64,000 bases of DNA from Octopus vulgaris (GCA_951406725.2 OX597841.1:12648001-12712000); one strand, 5' to 3'; shown: positions 12,609-26,746, counted from the first letter of the stretch. The notes: generated from the sequence alone by a model not told the origin. Translations and numbers: made by a program.

Positions 12609-12722
12609 TCCTCACCATCATCATCCTAACCACCATCATCATCATCATCATCATCCTCACCATTATCATCCTAACCATCATCATCATCATCATCATAACC
12701 ACCACCATCATCATCATCATTG
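12287..12722. repeat. Degenerate (CAT/CAC)n microsatellite
   Basis: Seen directly. It explains the poly-His, poly-Ile and poly-Met ORFs. Confidence 0.95.
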
Positions 12723-14255
12723 TCGTCGCCGTCATCGTTTTAACGGTCACTTTTCTAGGAACATCTTTGATCATAGCTCCGTTGGATCAGGACTGACCTG
12801 GGGCTAAGCAACAACGATCGTTACTTTTCGCTCTTAACTTCCGTCATCATCCGCCACATTCTGCCATCGTTTGTTTATTTCACGATCGTCCGTGAAGCCC
12901 AACCCCCACCCCCCACCCCGTACGCCACACTCGTCTTTGTCCGCCACAACCCGCTACCTGACCATTCAACATGCTAAAAGTAGCAGCTAAATCTCAACTT
13001 ACGCGGTCGATTATTTAGTTCTCAATATATAAGACTGGATGGTCGCAACTGGACTGTCTTTGACCGTAGATTTGCTCAATTGGAGATGACCTAGGGTTAA
13101 ATTACAACTTCATCAACGATCCACCACCCACTTCTGACAGACCTCACTCGACCACCCTCATCCCCTCTGACACCTTCCCCCCACTGCTTCACCCGCCACT
13201 TTCGTCATCGTCCGACATTCTCCGCCAGCTGAACGAACGACAAAGCTCCTATATGGTTAGTCCACAATTCAGAAGCAGCAGCTAAATCCCTCTCAAGTCA
13301 TACTCAATTGTATTAAAAATCGAAGGGTACATGAAAGAATGTGGTCTAGAAGTAACGTCGAGATGCTCATGCTTGGAAAACCTTTAGTCATATGTTCTCT
13401 ACTGCCCACAGATGACCATCACATCAACCACCATCCTTCACCGTCCGCCAACATCTTGCGTCATACTCCTCCGTCCGTACCATCCACCCCTGTCGCCACC
13501 ACTACCCATCACAACCCTCCGTTAGCCGCCACACCCCTACACCGTTTGCCACAGTCACCCTCCACCCGCCATCGTCCGTCGCCTTCGTCAGCTCCTTTTC
13601 TAGAGTCACTCTACAGTAAAAGCAGGACATAGTTTCTGTTTTTTGTCAAAAATGACGGGGCTGAGGGAACTTTGAAGGCGAAGAAGGAGGAGGGGTTTCA
13701 AGCAGAAGACGAAAAAGAAGACGAAAGAATTTGAAAGGGAAGGAAAAAGAAAGGGAGCATAAAAACAGGCCAACCAGAATTTGTCGGACAAAATGACAAA
13801 ATAAATCAACAATTTCTTCCAAAATATTATAGGTTTTCAGCAAACAAGAAATCGTGTGTTGTTAGAGTCTCCAAAATCACGGCCGAGACGTTGATCAACG
13901 AGATTTAAACGACATAATTGAAAGGAAAAGGGAGTCAATAAAAGGCTGGGTTTTTTCTTTGCTTTTTTTTTTTTTTATTTTGTTTTTTTTTTCTTGCGGT
14001 TCTGCTTAATATCAGAATGGCTGGGTCTGCGGTAGAGAGGAAAACAGGAGGAGGTAGGAAGTAGAAAGGGCCTCAAGAAACGGCAATTAGATGGCCGGGG
14101 AGGGCGGAGTCCCTGAATAAGGAGTTGGAGGTGGGGGTGTGTGAATATTATGAGAGGAGAAGAAGAAGAAGAAGAATACGGGATTTAGTGGAACGGCAAG
14201 ATGGCTGCCTCCTTGCGATGCGCCGGGGTGAAAATTATGGCGGAAGATATTACAT

Positions 14256-14416
14256 GTGGTGGTAGATAGTTTACTTACCAACCACATGGTTCCGCTTTCA
14301 GTCCCACTGCGCGGCACCTTGGGCAGGTGTCTTCTGCTTTAGCCTCGGGCCGACCAAAGCCTTGTGAGTGGATTTGGTGGACGGAAACGGAAAGAAGCCC
14401 GTTGTATATATATATA

Positions 14417-14474
<58 letters not shown>

Positions 14475-14625
14475 CGACGGGCTTCTTTCCGTTTCCGTCC
14501 ACCAAACCCACTTACAAGACTCTGGTCGGACCGAGGCTATAGTAGAAGACACATGTCCAAGGTGCCACATAGTGGGACTGAACCCGGAACGATGTGTTTG
14601 GTAAGCAAGCTACATACCGCACAGA
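14256..14625. mobile_element. Two convergent 5' halves of SINE family A joined at the internal microsatellite
   Basis: About 14256-14405 on + and about 14470-14625 on -, separated by (TA)n(CA)n(TA)n. Confidence 0.85.
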
Positions 14626-14786
14626 CAGCATCATTATCTCCATATCAGCTCACCTGGATCCCTCTTTTAGCCATTCTTTACTCCTTGCACCTGGTTCTCG
14701 ATAAAGATTTCGGACTTCAACATTAAACAGTTTGAGCACTGACACGTGTTTCCTGTATTGAGCATCTAGAGCTCTCACCTTTTCAC

Positions 14787-14839
14787 TATATATATATATA
14801 TATATACACATATATATATATACATATATATATATACAT

Positions 14840-14903
<64 letters not shown>

Positions 14904-14966
14904 ATGTATATATATATATAAATATATATATGTGTATATATATATATATACACACAAATATATTAC

Positions 14967-14999
<33 letters not shown>

Positions 15000-15009
15000 T
15001 TTACATATA

Positions 15010-15043
<34 letters not shown>

Positions 15044-15074
15044 TACACACACATATATTTACATATTTACATAT

Positions 15075-15138
<64 letters not shown>

Positions 15139-15530
15139 TTGTGAGCGTGTTGTTAATGTATGTATGAAAGTATACCTTTCATGCTCACGTATTCATACAT
15201 TCGTATATACACCGCCCGCATGTGCATATACACACACACATACATATATGAATATATGAACACATATATATATATATATGATCTATGATCAGTGCGTGTT
15301 CGTGTGCGCGCGTGAGAGAGAGAGAGAGAGAGAGGAAGAGAGAGAGAGGGGAAGAGAGAGAGAGAGACAAAGAGAGAGAAAGAGAGAGAGGGGAAGAGAG
15401 AGAGAGAGAGAGACAAAGAGGCGGTGCCAACATGATGGATTACACCAGTTCATATTTCTGCAATCTCAACAACATACAACCCGTTCATACATTTATAGTA
15501 TAGGTGGTGGTGGTGGTGGTCGTCGTAGTA

Positions 15531-15600
<70 letters not shown>

Positions 15601-15601
15601 C

Positions 15602-15639
<38 letters not shown>

Positions 15640-15646
15640 CAGCAGC

Positions 15647-15688
<42 letters not shown>

Positions 15689-15749
15689 TGTTGTTGTAGT
15701 AGTAGTGGTGGTAGTTGTGGTAGTAGTAGTAGTAGTAGTAGTAGTAGTT

Positions 15750-15785
<36 letters not shown>

Positions 15786-16035
15786 CTGGTGGTGGTGGTA
15801 GTTGTGGTAGTAGTATTAGTAGTAGTTGAGTGATGGAAGTCGTGGTGGTATTCACAACTGGGACGCATTGGATGTGGCTGGCGTGGGGTTAAACGATACA
15901 CTCCACCACCACCACCACCACCATCACCACCACCACCACCACTACCGCCATCACAACCATCACCACCACCATTACCATCGACCCCACCACCACCACAGCC
16001 CCTCCACCAGCACCACCATCATCACCAACAGCAAC
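14787..16035. repeat. Compound microsatellite block: (TA)n, (GA)n, (TAG)n, (CAC)n
   Basis: Seen directly. Confidence 0.95.
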
Positions 16036-16174
16036 AAGAACAAGAACGTTACATAATCGGTGGTATACCTTGGTCCAGTCTATCAACACTTCCCTCCCTC
16101 TTCACCACGGCCCAGCTGGAGTGTATCAGGCATTTTGGTGAAATAACAAGATTGCCTCACACACACACAGATAG

Positions 16175-16237
<63 letters not shown>

Positions 16238-16414
16238 TAGAGAGAGATAGATAGAGATAGAGAGGGAGAGAGAGAGAGAGAGAGGGGAAGATGGAGTTAG
16301 ACAGACAGACAGACAGATACACGCATACAAAAATGCATGCATGCTTCTTTTTAATTGTTTCAGTAGTTGGACTGCGGCCAAGCTGGGGCATCTCCTTGAA
16401 GAATTTCAGTCGAA

Positions 16415-16555
16415 CGTGTGCTGGAAGGTCCGCGGGCTGTGGAGTCTGGTCTCACTGATGGCTATGATATGCAGATTTTGTGACTTGATGTCGTTTAACA
16501 GGTAGCCTTGTTTCCAAGGCGACCCCAAACCACGTACATTTATACTGCCTATTTT
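16415..16555 (-). mobile_element. LINE apurinic endonuclease N-terminal fragment (L1/Tx1-like)
   Basis: KIGSINVRGL...LHIIAISETRL matches the first two APE motifs (NVRGL, xETxL). Confidence 0.75.
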
Positions 16556-17290
16556 AGAGAGAAGAACCTTTATCCCATGAAGTTCCCTTCTCAGTTGTGG
16601 TCGAGCGTTTTCCCTTTTACCAAGCCACTGTTTACGATGTTTAACATTTTGATAGAAGATCCATTTTTCGTCACCAGTCACAAGTCTATCCAAAAAGGGT
16701 GAAATGAGTTCAAGAGAATGGAGAGAAGAGCAGATGTCAACTCGAGATTTGCGGTTGCTTTCGGACAATTCATGAGGCACCCATTTTCCAAGTTTAAGAA
16801 CCTTTCCAAGTTTGAACTAAGCTTTATTGCCAATTCTTCAACTGATAATGCAGAATTTTCTTCAAGTAGTGCCTCAAGGAGCTTATCATGAAACTCCACT
16901 GGACGTCCTGTTCGATCTTCATCTTCAAGGCTGAAATTTCCACTCCTGAATTTTGCAAACCATCTTCTGCAAGTTCTTTCATTCAAGCATTCTTTCCCAT
17001 AAACTGAGTGTTATGTTTGGAGTCGCTTCGGCTGCAGAGTTTCCTTTTTTGTACTCCTAAAGCATTATGTGCCTCAAATGCTCTTTGGATGATACTTCCA
17101 TGTTAGAAAGGGTTTTAATCAAAGAAAATTTAATTCTATTATTCTGTAAAATAATATTTAATTAGTTTAAATGTACACAAATGCATAAAAATAGTTTTTA
17201 ATTCCATCAGACATTCTAAAATACTATTAAATTTCATTCAATTTTTAAAAAAAGGTAAAATCGGACAGAACTTATGGGATGACCTGATGT
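16555..17290 (-). mobile_element. Mariner transposon, 5' part with left terminal inverted repeat, frameshifted
   Basis: ERTCRRWFAKFRSGNFSLEDEDRTGRP, (WV)PHEL and FLDRLVTGDEKWIFY motifs. Terminus CAGGTCATCCCATAAGTTCTGTCCG near 17262-17286. Confidence 0.92.
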
Positions 17291-17363
17291 ATGAGTGTGT
17301 ATGTGTATACATGTGCAGAAGTATACAAAGATACACACGCACGTACATACAGACACAGACATA

Positions 17364-17418
<55 letters not shown>

Positions 17419-17738
17419 CACAATTTCTTTTGCTTGACTTTCGTCTCTTTGCTGTAGAAAGTATCGCTGTTTCATCCACGGACGCCATTTTTTCTGCGTT
17501 CTTACATTATTGTTTGTTTATCACTTTGAAAATGAAAACAAGCTTTACAGCTCTTAACTCAACTCCCTTCGTCTGTTCCTTAAAGGAAAGGGACACTGTA
17601 AGTGGTCCCTTAAGACCTTTATAAAGCGCAATGCAGCGTTTTCTGACGGACGAGGTAAACAAACAGAAGCAATATATGTAAGTATTTTTATGTGTGTGTG
17701 GCGTATGCCTGTGTGTATACACATACGTACATATATAC

Positions 17739-17793
<55 letters not shown>

Positions 17794-17884
17794 GTATATA
17801 CATATATATATATATAAATGTATATACATATATATGTGTATGTATATATGTCTGTGAGAGCGTATGTATAGAGTGAGTGATATA

Positions 17885-17935
<51 letters not shown>

Positions 17936-18220
17936 TATATTATATTATATCGCTCTAGTTTCGGTGTAATTCGATATATAATGAAATCTATGAAGCACTT
18001 CCTAAACTTTGTACATTACATTCTTCTATTTCTTACATATACATATGAATGTGTAGAGAGAGAGGGAGAGAAAGAGAGAAACAGACAGAGAGACAGAGAT
18101 AGAAAGAGAGAGAGAGAGATACATACGTACAATGCATGCAATGAAACTGAAAGCAATGTGACCACAATCGATGGAAAGATTGATGTGCGTATACATATAT
18201 GTCAGTTTGTGTTTGTGCAC

Positions 18221-18259
<39 letters not shown>

Positions 18260-18979
18260 CGCATACACACACGTACACAATTAAGCAAGAAATAAAGTAA
18301 TAGGACGCCAAAATAAAGGAACAATCAATAAAAATGTAATAAAAGCCTTCTTCTATCTTCTCCTTCTACCGACAGCGGCCATTACACAGCAGACGACAAC
18401 AATAGCCTTAGCCGTTTCCCTTGTCAACCTCGCTCCACTCTTGATTGATGTTGCGTGACAATTCTCTATTAATCATGTTACAATTAATTTAATATTTCCT
18501 AAATAGCAAATTCTCATCCAGTTTATCTCCTCAACCACTAGTCCTAATATTGGGGTTGCTTGTATCAACACGGCAAACGTTGCCGGCCATTAACCGCCAT
18601 CTTGCTTTCAATCATTCTTTCTTTTCTCTTTCTCCCTCACGCCCCGACATGCGCTTTTCTCTTTGTTGGTTCATACATGTATTTATTTGTGGTTGTTTGT
18701 TCGTCTTGTTGTTTGTGTCTTGTTTCAGACCGTCTATTTCTCTTTCTTTTTTTTTTTTCTTTACATTCTTTCGTGAATATTTTAATATATTAGAAGAAAG
18801 GACAGTACGAACAGACATTCGGTACTTTGAGTGTGTGTGTGTACGTGTGTGTGTACGTGTGTATCGATAAATTGCTAATTTGAAGAATAATAAATACTTA
18901 GCTACTTATATACATAAAATATATCCATTCATACATATGACATACACAGACATATCCATGCGTATATATATATGTATGT

Positions 18980-19153
<174 letters not shown>

Positions 19154-19321
19154 TACATAGTTAATCCCAACATGAACAAAGAGGAAACACAACAACGTGA
19201 GGACGTGGAACAAGTATAGTGTTATCGGACGGAGCTCTTCGTCAGAAACATAGAAAAAGGAAAAGTCCTTTATAGCATGCTTTCACTTCGCTACCGAGCG
19301 CAGCTCTGTGTGCCTTGGGTA

Positions 19322-19578
19322 TGTGCTTTAATTTCTCTATCTGTGTGTATTGGCATATCCCAGAGTATGGTTGCTTTCTCGTTTTCTGTGACCTTGTCTG
19401 GTGTGTGCCTATACCATCTTTTTCCTGTTGTTATTCCATAGTGTTGGCATAGCTTCCAGTGTAAGTAGGTCCCAACTCTGTCGTGTCTGTGAATATATTC
19501 CTTCTTAGCCAGGACTGGGCAGCCAGAGATAATAAGATTTATTGTTTCTTGTCCATTTCCACATATTCTGCAGTTACA
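19322..19578 (-). mobile_element. R4/Dong-like non-LTR retrotransposon fragment (zinc knuckle to RLE region)
   Basis: CRICG-ETINLIISGCPVLAKKEYIHRHD...ILWDMPIHTDREI. Confidence 0.85.
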
Positions 19579-20062
19579 TGTGTCTGCGTGTGTGTGTATG
19601 TATGTGTATATGCGCGTGTGTGTCTGCATGTGTGTGTATGTATGTGTGTGTGTTTCAGTAAAGGATCAAATATGTAAAAAGCGAGTTAAATTTAGAATTT
19701 TTTACACAAATATAAACATATTTTCCCAAAAAGGCGCACAAAGACTTTAAAAACAAATAATTTTTAACCTCAGGTGAACACTGGATGGGAATACAAAAGC
19801 AAAAACTCAGGTGTGTCGTGAGAAACAATAGATTGACGTGTGGGACTCAATGAACGAAAGGGTGTGATAAGAAAACAAACAACTTTAACTCTGACTTCAT
19901 AATGGGAGACTTTTTAAACTTAAAGATTGAGGACGCTTTGTCCGTCTGGATTTCTACGTCAATTCATCATGAGACATTTTTATACGTACATGTATATATA
20001 CTTACGTACGTACATACATACATACATACATACATACGTACCTACGTACGTACATACATACA

Positions 20063-20480
20063 TGTCGTGTCTGTGAATATATTTCTTCTTAGCCAGGACT
20101 GGGCAGCTAGAGATAATATGATTTATTGTTTCTTGTCCATCTCCACATATTCTGCAGTTACTTGTTATATTTCTTTTCATTACATGTTTTTGGTAATTTC
20201 TGGTGGGGAGGCTTTGGTCTTGTGCTGCAATTAAAAATCCCTCTGTTTCTGCTTTGAGTCCTGAGCTTCTCAACCATTGCTGGGATTTTTCTTTGTCTAT
20301 TTCTTTTGCATTTAGTTTAGTCCAGTATTTGCCATGAAGGGGCTTTTCTTGCCATCGTTTTATCATGGTTCTTTGCTGTTCTAGTTTTAGTTTGGATTTC
20401 ATTTGTTTTATAGCTTTTGTTGTTTCTTCTTCTTCTTCTTCTTCTTCATATTTGTTAGGTGGTATAATTTCTTGTTTGTA
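20063..20480 (-). mobile_element. R4/Dong-like non-LTR retrotransposon fragment
   Basis: WQEKPLHGKY...WLRSSGLKAETEGFLIAAQDQSLPTRNY...CRICG...HIISSC...RHD. Confidence 0.88.
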
Positions 20481-20595
20481 TATATATATGTATGTATGTA
20501 TGTATATATATATATGTATATATTTATTTTACTCTGCTATGTATTGAGTACCTTATTTACTGTGGTTAACCCCGACTCAACCCGGGACCTACATA

Positions 20596-20652
<57 letters not shown>

Positions 20653-20663
20653 GGGGGTATGTA

Positions 20664-20697
<34 letters not shown>

Positions 20698-21171
20698 ACA
20701 GAGAGGGGGAGAAAGAGAGAAAGAGTGGGAGATAGACAGACAAACAGTCAGATAGACCTGGAGTTAATCTACAATAACATAGCCAGTTTGTTACCGTTGG
20801 CTGTGTTGCCTGTTGCACTCAATAACTGTGTCCCCGCGACCATTAATCTACCTCTCACACTTTCAGCCCTCCTCTCTCGCCTGTAATCAATGGCCATCCT
20901 CCAGGATCAGTCTAATGGACGGACGGACGGACGGACGGACGGACGCCCGAACAGAGCTAATTGGGATTCGGTGGGAAAGACAGACAGCAACAACAATAGC
21001 AACAAGAATAAACAGTAAAATATTAACAACAATAAAAAGGTGGAGAAAAATTAGGGAAGTCAGACCTTTGATGAAAGCCATTATTCATGTATAATGTTCT
21101 TGGGACTACATTATCTCACGTGTCATCCATCCATATGCATATACATACATACATACATACTTTATATATAT

Positions 21172-21568
21172 GAGTGGCTGTGTGGTAAGTAGCTTGTTTA
21201 CCAACCACATGGTTCCGGGTTCAGTCTCACTGCGTGGCACCTTGGGCAAGTGTCTTCTACTATAGCCTCGGGCTGACCAAAGCCTTGTGAGTGGATTTGG
21301 TAGACGGAAACTGAAAGAAGCCTGTCGTATATATATATATGTATGTATGTGTATGTGTTTGTGTGTCTGTGTTTGTCCCCCTAGCATCGCTTGACAACCG
21401 ATGCTGGTGTGTTTATGTCCCAGTTACTTAGCGGTTCGGCCAAAGAGACCGATAGAATAAGTACTGGGCTTACAAAAGAATAAGTCCCGGGGTCGAGTTG
21501 CTCGATTAAAGGCAGTGCTCCAGCATGGCCGCAGTCAAATGACTGAAACAAGTAAAAGAATAAAAGAG
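21172..21568 (+). mobile_element. SINE family A, full length, followed by a degraded 5' half to about 21755
   Basis: Direct match to the family. Confidence 0.9.
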
Positions 21569-21754
21569 TATACACATACATATATATATATATATATGTA
21601 TATGTATATAGACGTGGATGTGTCGTAAGAAGCTTGCTTCTCAACCACATGATTCCAGGTTCAGTCCCACTCCGTAGCTACTTTTACTATTGCCTCGGCC
21701 CGACCACAGCCTTATGAGTGGATTTGCTAGGTGGAAACTGAAGGAAGCTTATCG

Positions 21755-21790
<36 letters not shown>

Positions 21791-22049
21791 AGAGAGTAAA
21801 TAAAGTTATAAGTAAGATCGAATACGATTTTTTTTGTACTCTAATACGAGTAAAAATTACGAGTAAAAATTACGAATAACGAATAAAAAATTGCGAATAA
21901 ACAAATACGAAATGAAAATGAAATAAAAACGGAGGTTAACCTACCTTTTCTTTCCTCGGCGAAAATTAGACATAGCTACATCTTGCAAATAAGGTAAAAT
22001 CCACGTTTAATAATACCTGTGTATATGAGGTACTACAAATATATGTGTG

Positions 22050-22420
22050 TTTTTGGTCAGCTAAAAGCAGTTTTGGCACAAACTTGGCAGACATGCGCCT
22101 CATGCCCAAATCTTCACTGATAATGGACTGAACTGAACCGTAACTAATCTGCACATCCTCTGATAATTCGCGGATGGTGATCCAATGATTTCCCCTCACA
22201 ACTCCACACACATCTGCCATGTTTTTCTCAGTTCCGCTAGTTACGGGTCTCCCAGAACGTTCGTCAATATCGACATTTTTTCGGCCATCTTGAACCACAT
22301 CTGAACCAATCAGACACTTGTGTGTGGCTCATACAACCCTCTCCATACAATCTCTGTGACTTTGTGTAGGACTCTGAGCAGGTGTCGCCATGACAACTTT
22401 CTCTGTCATGGTCAATGCGA
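22050..22420 (-). mobile_element. Mariner transposase N-terminal (HTH) relic
   Basis: DERSGRPVTS...ITIRELSED..ISYGSVQSIISEDLGMRRMSAKFVPKLL. Confidence 0.85.
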
Positions 22421-22429
22421 CGATATATG

Positions 22430-23077
22430 TGTGTGTATTTGTGTGTCTGTTTCCCCCCTCACCATCGCTTGATAACCGATGTTGGTGTGTTTACGTCCCT
22501 GTAACTTAGCAATTCAGCAAAAGACACCGATAGAATAAGTACGAGTCTTACAAAGAATAAGTCCTGGGGTCACTTTGTTCGACTAGAGCGGGCGGTGCTC
22601 CAGCGTGGTCGGAATCAAATCACTGAAACAAATAAAAGAATATATAAACATACATAAACATATACATGGATAGATAGGCGCAGGAGTGGCTGTGTGGTAA
22701 GTAGCTTGCTAACCAACCACATGGTTCCGGGTTCAGTCCCACTGCGTGGCATCTTGGGCAAGTGTCTTCTTCTATAGCCTCGGCCCGACCAATGCCTTGT
22801 GAGTGGATTTGGTAGACGGAAACCGAAAAGAAGCCTGTCGTATATATGTATATATATGTATGTGTGTGTATATGTTTGTGTGTCTGTTTTTGTCCCTCTA
22901 GCATTGCTTGACAACCTATGCTGGTGTGTTTAGGTCCCCGTAACTTAGCGGTTCGGCCAAAGAGACCGATAGAATAAGTACTGGGCTTACAAAGAATAAG
23001 TCCCGGAGTCGATTTGCTCGACTAAAGGCGGTGCTCCAGCATGGCCGCAGTCAAATGACTGAAACAAGTAAAAGAGT
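22430..23077 (+). mobile_element. SINE family A: 3' half (22430-22640) plus full copy (22677-23077)
   Basis: Direct match to the family. Confidence 0.88.
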
Positions 23078-23576
23078 ATATATATAAGTAGTTATTTAAA
23101 ACTTGGGTATACACCTGGAAGAATGCCGATTAAAGCACATTCGCCGTTTGCGGTTACCTGATGTCATCAGCAGTTTTGATATAAATGCTACAGAATCTAC
23201 CTCAGGAGTTCCTCAGTGTCCGCCGAGTATATAACAAACGAGGGTAGGCGAAAATGAAATTCACGAGATACTTTATGAAATCACAATGATGGATCTTATC
23301 GGTTTAGGCTGCCAGCATTTCAAAAATTAAAGTTTATTGAAAATTTTTTCAATTTGGCACAGTAATACACTTGCCCAAACCGAATTGCCGGAGCGATTTC
23401 ATTTTTACCAGGAAAATGTTTTTAAGAAGTTATAGGGGTTTAAAGTTTGATCGTTTTCACCCAATCAGGAAAAAGACTTGGAAGCCGTCATTTTGTGCGT
23501 GACTGCAAGTTTTGTTGCCAACATCCTGAAAATAGCACGTGGTATGTCTCCAGTAATTTTCTTTCATATACTCTCT

Positions 23577-23775
23577 CTTTTACTCTTTTACTTGTTTCAG
23601 TCATTTGACTGCGGCCATGCCGGAGCACCGCCTTTAGTCGAGCAAATCGATCCCAGGACTTATTGTTTGTAAGCCTAGTACTTATTCTATCGATCTCTTT
23701 TGCCGAACCGCTAACTTACGGGGGCGCAAACACACCAGCATCGGTTGTCAAGCGATGTTGGGGAACAAGCACACA

Positions 23776-23859
<84 letters not shown>

Positions 23860-24022
23860 CGACAGGCTTCTTTCAGTTTCCGTCCACCAAATCCACTCAC
23901 AGGCTTTGGTCAGCCCGAGGCTATAGTAGAAGACACTTGCCCAAGGTGCCACACAGTGGGACTGAACCCGGAACCATGTGGTTGGTAAGCAAGCTACTTA
24001 CCACACAGCCACTCCTGCGCCT
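23577..24022 (-). mobile_element. SINE family A, full length
   Basis: Direct match to the family. Confidence 0.9.
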
Positions 24023-24268
24023 CTATAAATAAATGTTTATGTTAATTTAAAAGATTTATCCCAAAATAATCTTATTTAGCTGTTGTTTTTAGCACACCTC
24101 ACAACCACCTCAGAAACGAGTAAATAAACATTTAATGCAAACGCGATGAACAACACGTGACATGCGATAAACACAATTGCAATTTAAATATGCTTAAAAA
24201 CGGAGATGTACTCGCATAGCAAGTAATTTGATCTGAGATCGTGCGCTGGAACGAAAACAATTGCAGCG

Positions 24269-24486
24269 TGGAAGATGTTTATAAGCCATTTAAGAAACAC
24301 ACAAAAGCCGTTCGATTCACTTCAACATTTAAGTTTAATTTGTCAAAATCCGTGCAGCACGGATTTTTGTCAGTGAAGAGGTCGCGGTCTTAAAGCGACG
24401 AAAATATTTTGACAAATTAAACTTAAATGTTGAAGTGAATCGAACGGCTTTTGTGTGTTTCTTAAATGGCTTATAAACACCTTCCA
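24269..24486. repeat. 81-bp near-perfect inverted duplication
   Basis: Arms 24269-24349 and 24406-24486, one mismatch seen. Confidence 0.92.
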
Positions 24487-25719
24487 TGCTTTAAAAAAAC
24501 AAACATTTAAGCAGCGAGCATCGCCAGTACTTATCCCCCCACCACCACATCTTTTCCTACACACAACCGGCCCCTTTTTACATAATTTTCCTTTGGCTGT
24601 AACACCCTTCTCTTGCATGTACAACGCAGTACCCTCCTCTGTTTTCAGTGCTTCCATAATAGAAGCGAAGTGACTGGAGCTTGCTGCCATAATTACACAG
24701 AACACAGAACACAGCGTCAAATTTGTCAACACGTGCTTCCTCGCAGATAAAAGACTTTTCAAAGACTGTTACTATGGCAACAGTTCTCATGTTCCGCTTC
24801 TTACTATCGAAACAGGTATGAATGTGTCTGTGGATTGCGATTGGCTAAAATTACCAACATTTTCAAACTTTAATTACTAATAACTCTTTAACGTCATTAA
24901 TTAGCCTATAAAAGTGTATCATTACACTGAATATAAAATCAATTCGAACAGAATTGATGCTGGCAGCCAAACCGACAAGATTGACCCTCCTTGCATCAGT
25001 TGCTCGAGGGTGAGATACAGTACAACTGATTGTCGTGCATCCTTCGGTGTAGATGTGTCTCGTCAGGATACCTTTTTGAAAAGATATATTTCTTTATTGC
25101 CCACAAGGGGCTAAACATAGAGGGGACAGACAAAGGGATTAAGTCAATTACATAGACTCCAGTGCGTAACTGGTACTTAATTTATCGACCCCGAAAGGAT
25201 GAAAGGCAAAGTCGACCTCGGCGGAATGTGAACTCACAACGTAACGGCAGACGAAATGCGGCTACGCACTTCGCCCGGCATGCTAACGTTTCTGCCAGCT
25301 CGCCGCCTTTTTGAAAAGATACCATGCTCAATACACTCGATTTCGCTTAGTTCAATTATAAAGCATGTTGTTATTTGCCTGTAGCTGTTTACCTACAGGT
25401 TCCGTGGTTTGGAGCGAAGCACCTTTTGAAAAGTCACCTGAAGAGATATGTCTACGCCGAAGGATGCACCACAACAAGTTGTACAGAATGTCAGCCGCAA
25501 GAGACCGATATAAGTTGGGTTGAAACGATCGTTGTGGTTAATAAAGAATCTCGTGAATTCCATTTTCTGTTTCTCATTTGTTGTGTATACACATATATAT
25601 GCACATACATACACACACACATATATACACACTTTTACAGATGTATATTTATTGTGTGAGTGTTAGTGTCTGTGTATACATTGAGATATATATATATGTA
25701 TGAGTGCATGTCAATATAT

Positions 25720-26067
25720 ATACTCTTTCACTTATTTCAGCCATTTGACTGCGGCCGTGCCGGAGCACCGCCTTTAGTCGAGCAAATCGAACCCAGGACT
25801 TATTCCTTGTAAGCCTCGTACTTATTCTCTCGGTCTCTTTTGCCGAACCGGTAAGTTTCGGGGACGTAAACACACCAGCATTGGTTGTCAAGCGATGTTG
25901 GGGGGACAAACACAGACACACAAACATATATACACACGCATATATATATATATATGCATAAATACGACAGGCTTCTTTCAGTTTCCGTCTACCAAATCCA
26001 CTCACAAGGCATTGGTCGGCCCGAGGCTATAGTAGAAGATATATATATATACATGCATATATATATA

Positions 26068-26140
<73 letters not shown>

Positions 26141-26330
26141 CCCCATCATCACATGACAACCGATGTTGGTGTGTTTACGTCCCCGTAACTTAACGGTTCG
26201 GCAAAAGAGATTAAGTACTAGGCTTACAAAGATTCACTTCTATGGTTTGATTTGTTCGACTAAAGGCGGTACTCCAGCATGGCCACAGTCAAATGACTGA
26301 AGCAAGTAAAATAATAAAATAATAAAAGAA
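25720..26330. mobile_element. SINE family A pieces in divergent orientation around (TA)n
   Basis: 25720-26040 on - and about 26140-26330 (3' half) on +. Confidence 0.82.
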
Positions 26331-26684
26331 TATATGCATACATACATATATATATATATACACACGTACGTACATACATACACACTCCCTCACAACATTT
26401 CACACCTTTTATTGTGTGTCTCGTCGTGTCTCCCCCCCCTCTGTCTCTGTCTCACACACACACACACTCGCACCTCTCGTCCCACCGACATCACTCAAAT
26501 ACACACACGCACGCACTATCATCCCCCCTCTCTCTCTCTCTCTCTTTCTCTCTTTCTCTCTACCGACCTATTTCCATCTAGAGTCATTCTTAACGAACCG
26601 TCCCCAAAGCCATTAACCCGTTTACAAAAATGGCAGCTGGTTTTATAGTTTTGCAAACTCCTCAAGTGTCTCTTCTGTACCTTT

Positions 26685-26746
26685 ATTTATCTATCAATTT
26701 ATCTATCTGCCTGCCTGCCTGTCTGTCTGTTATTTGTCTGCCTCTA

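Noticed and set aside
12214-12807. Poly-His protein ORF
   Set aside because: A (CAT)n microsatellite open in several frames, downstream of the poly(A) signal.
14725-14780. Minus-strand hammerhead-like GAGCTCT...GAAACACGTGTC^AGTGCTC
   Set aside because: Stems I and III are plausible, but CTGANGA is absent. At best a dead relic.
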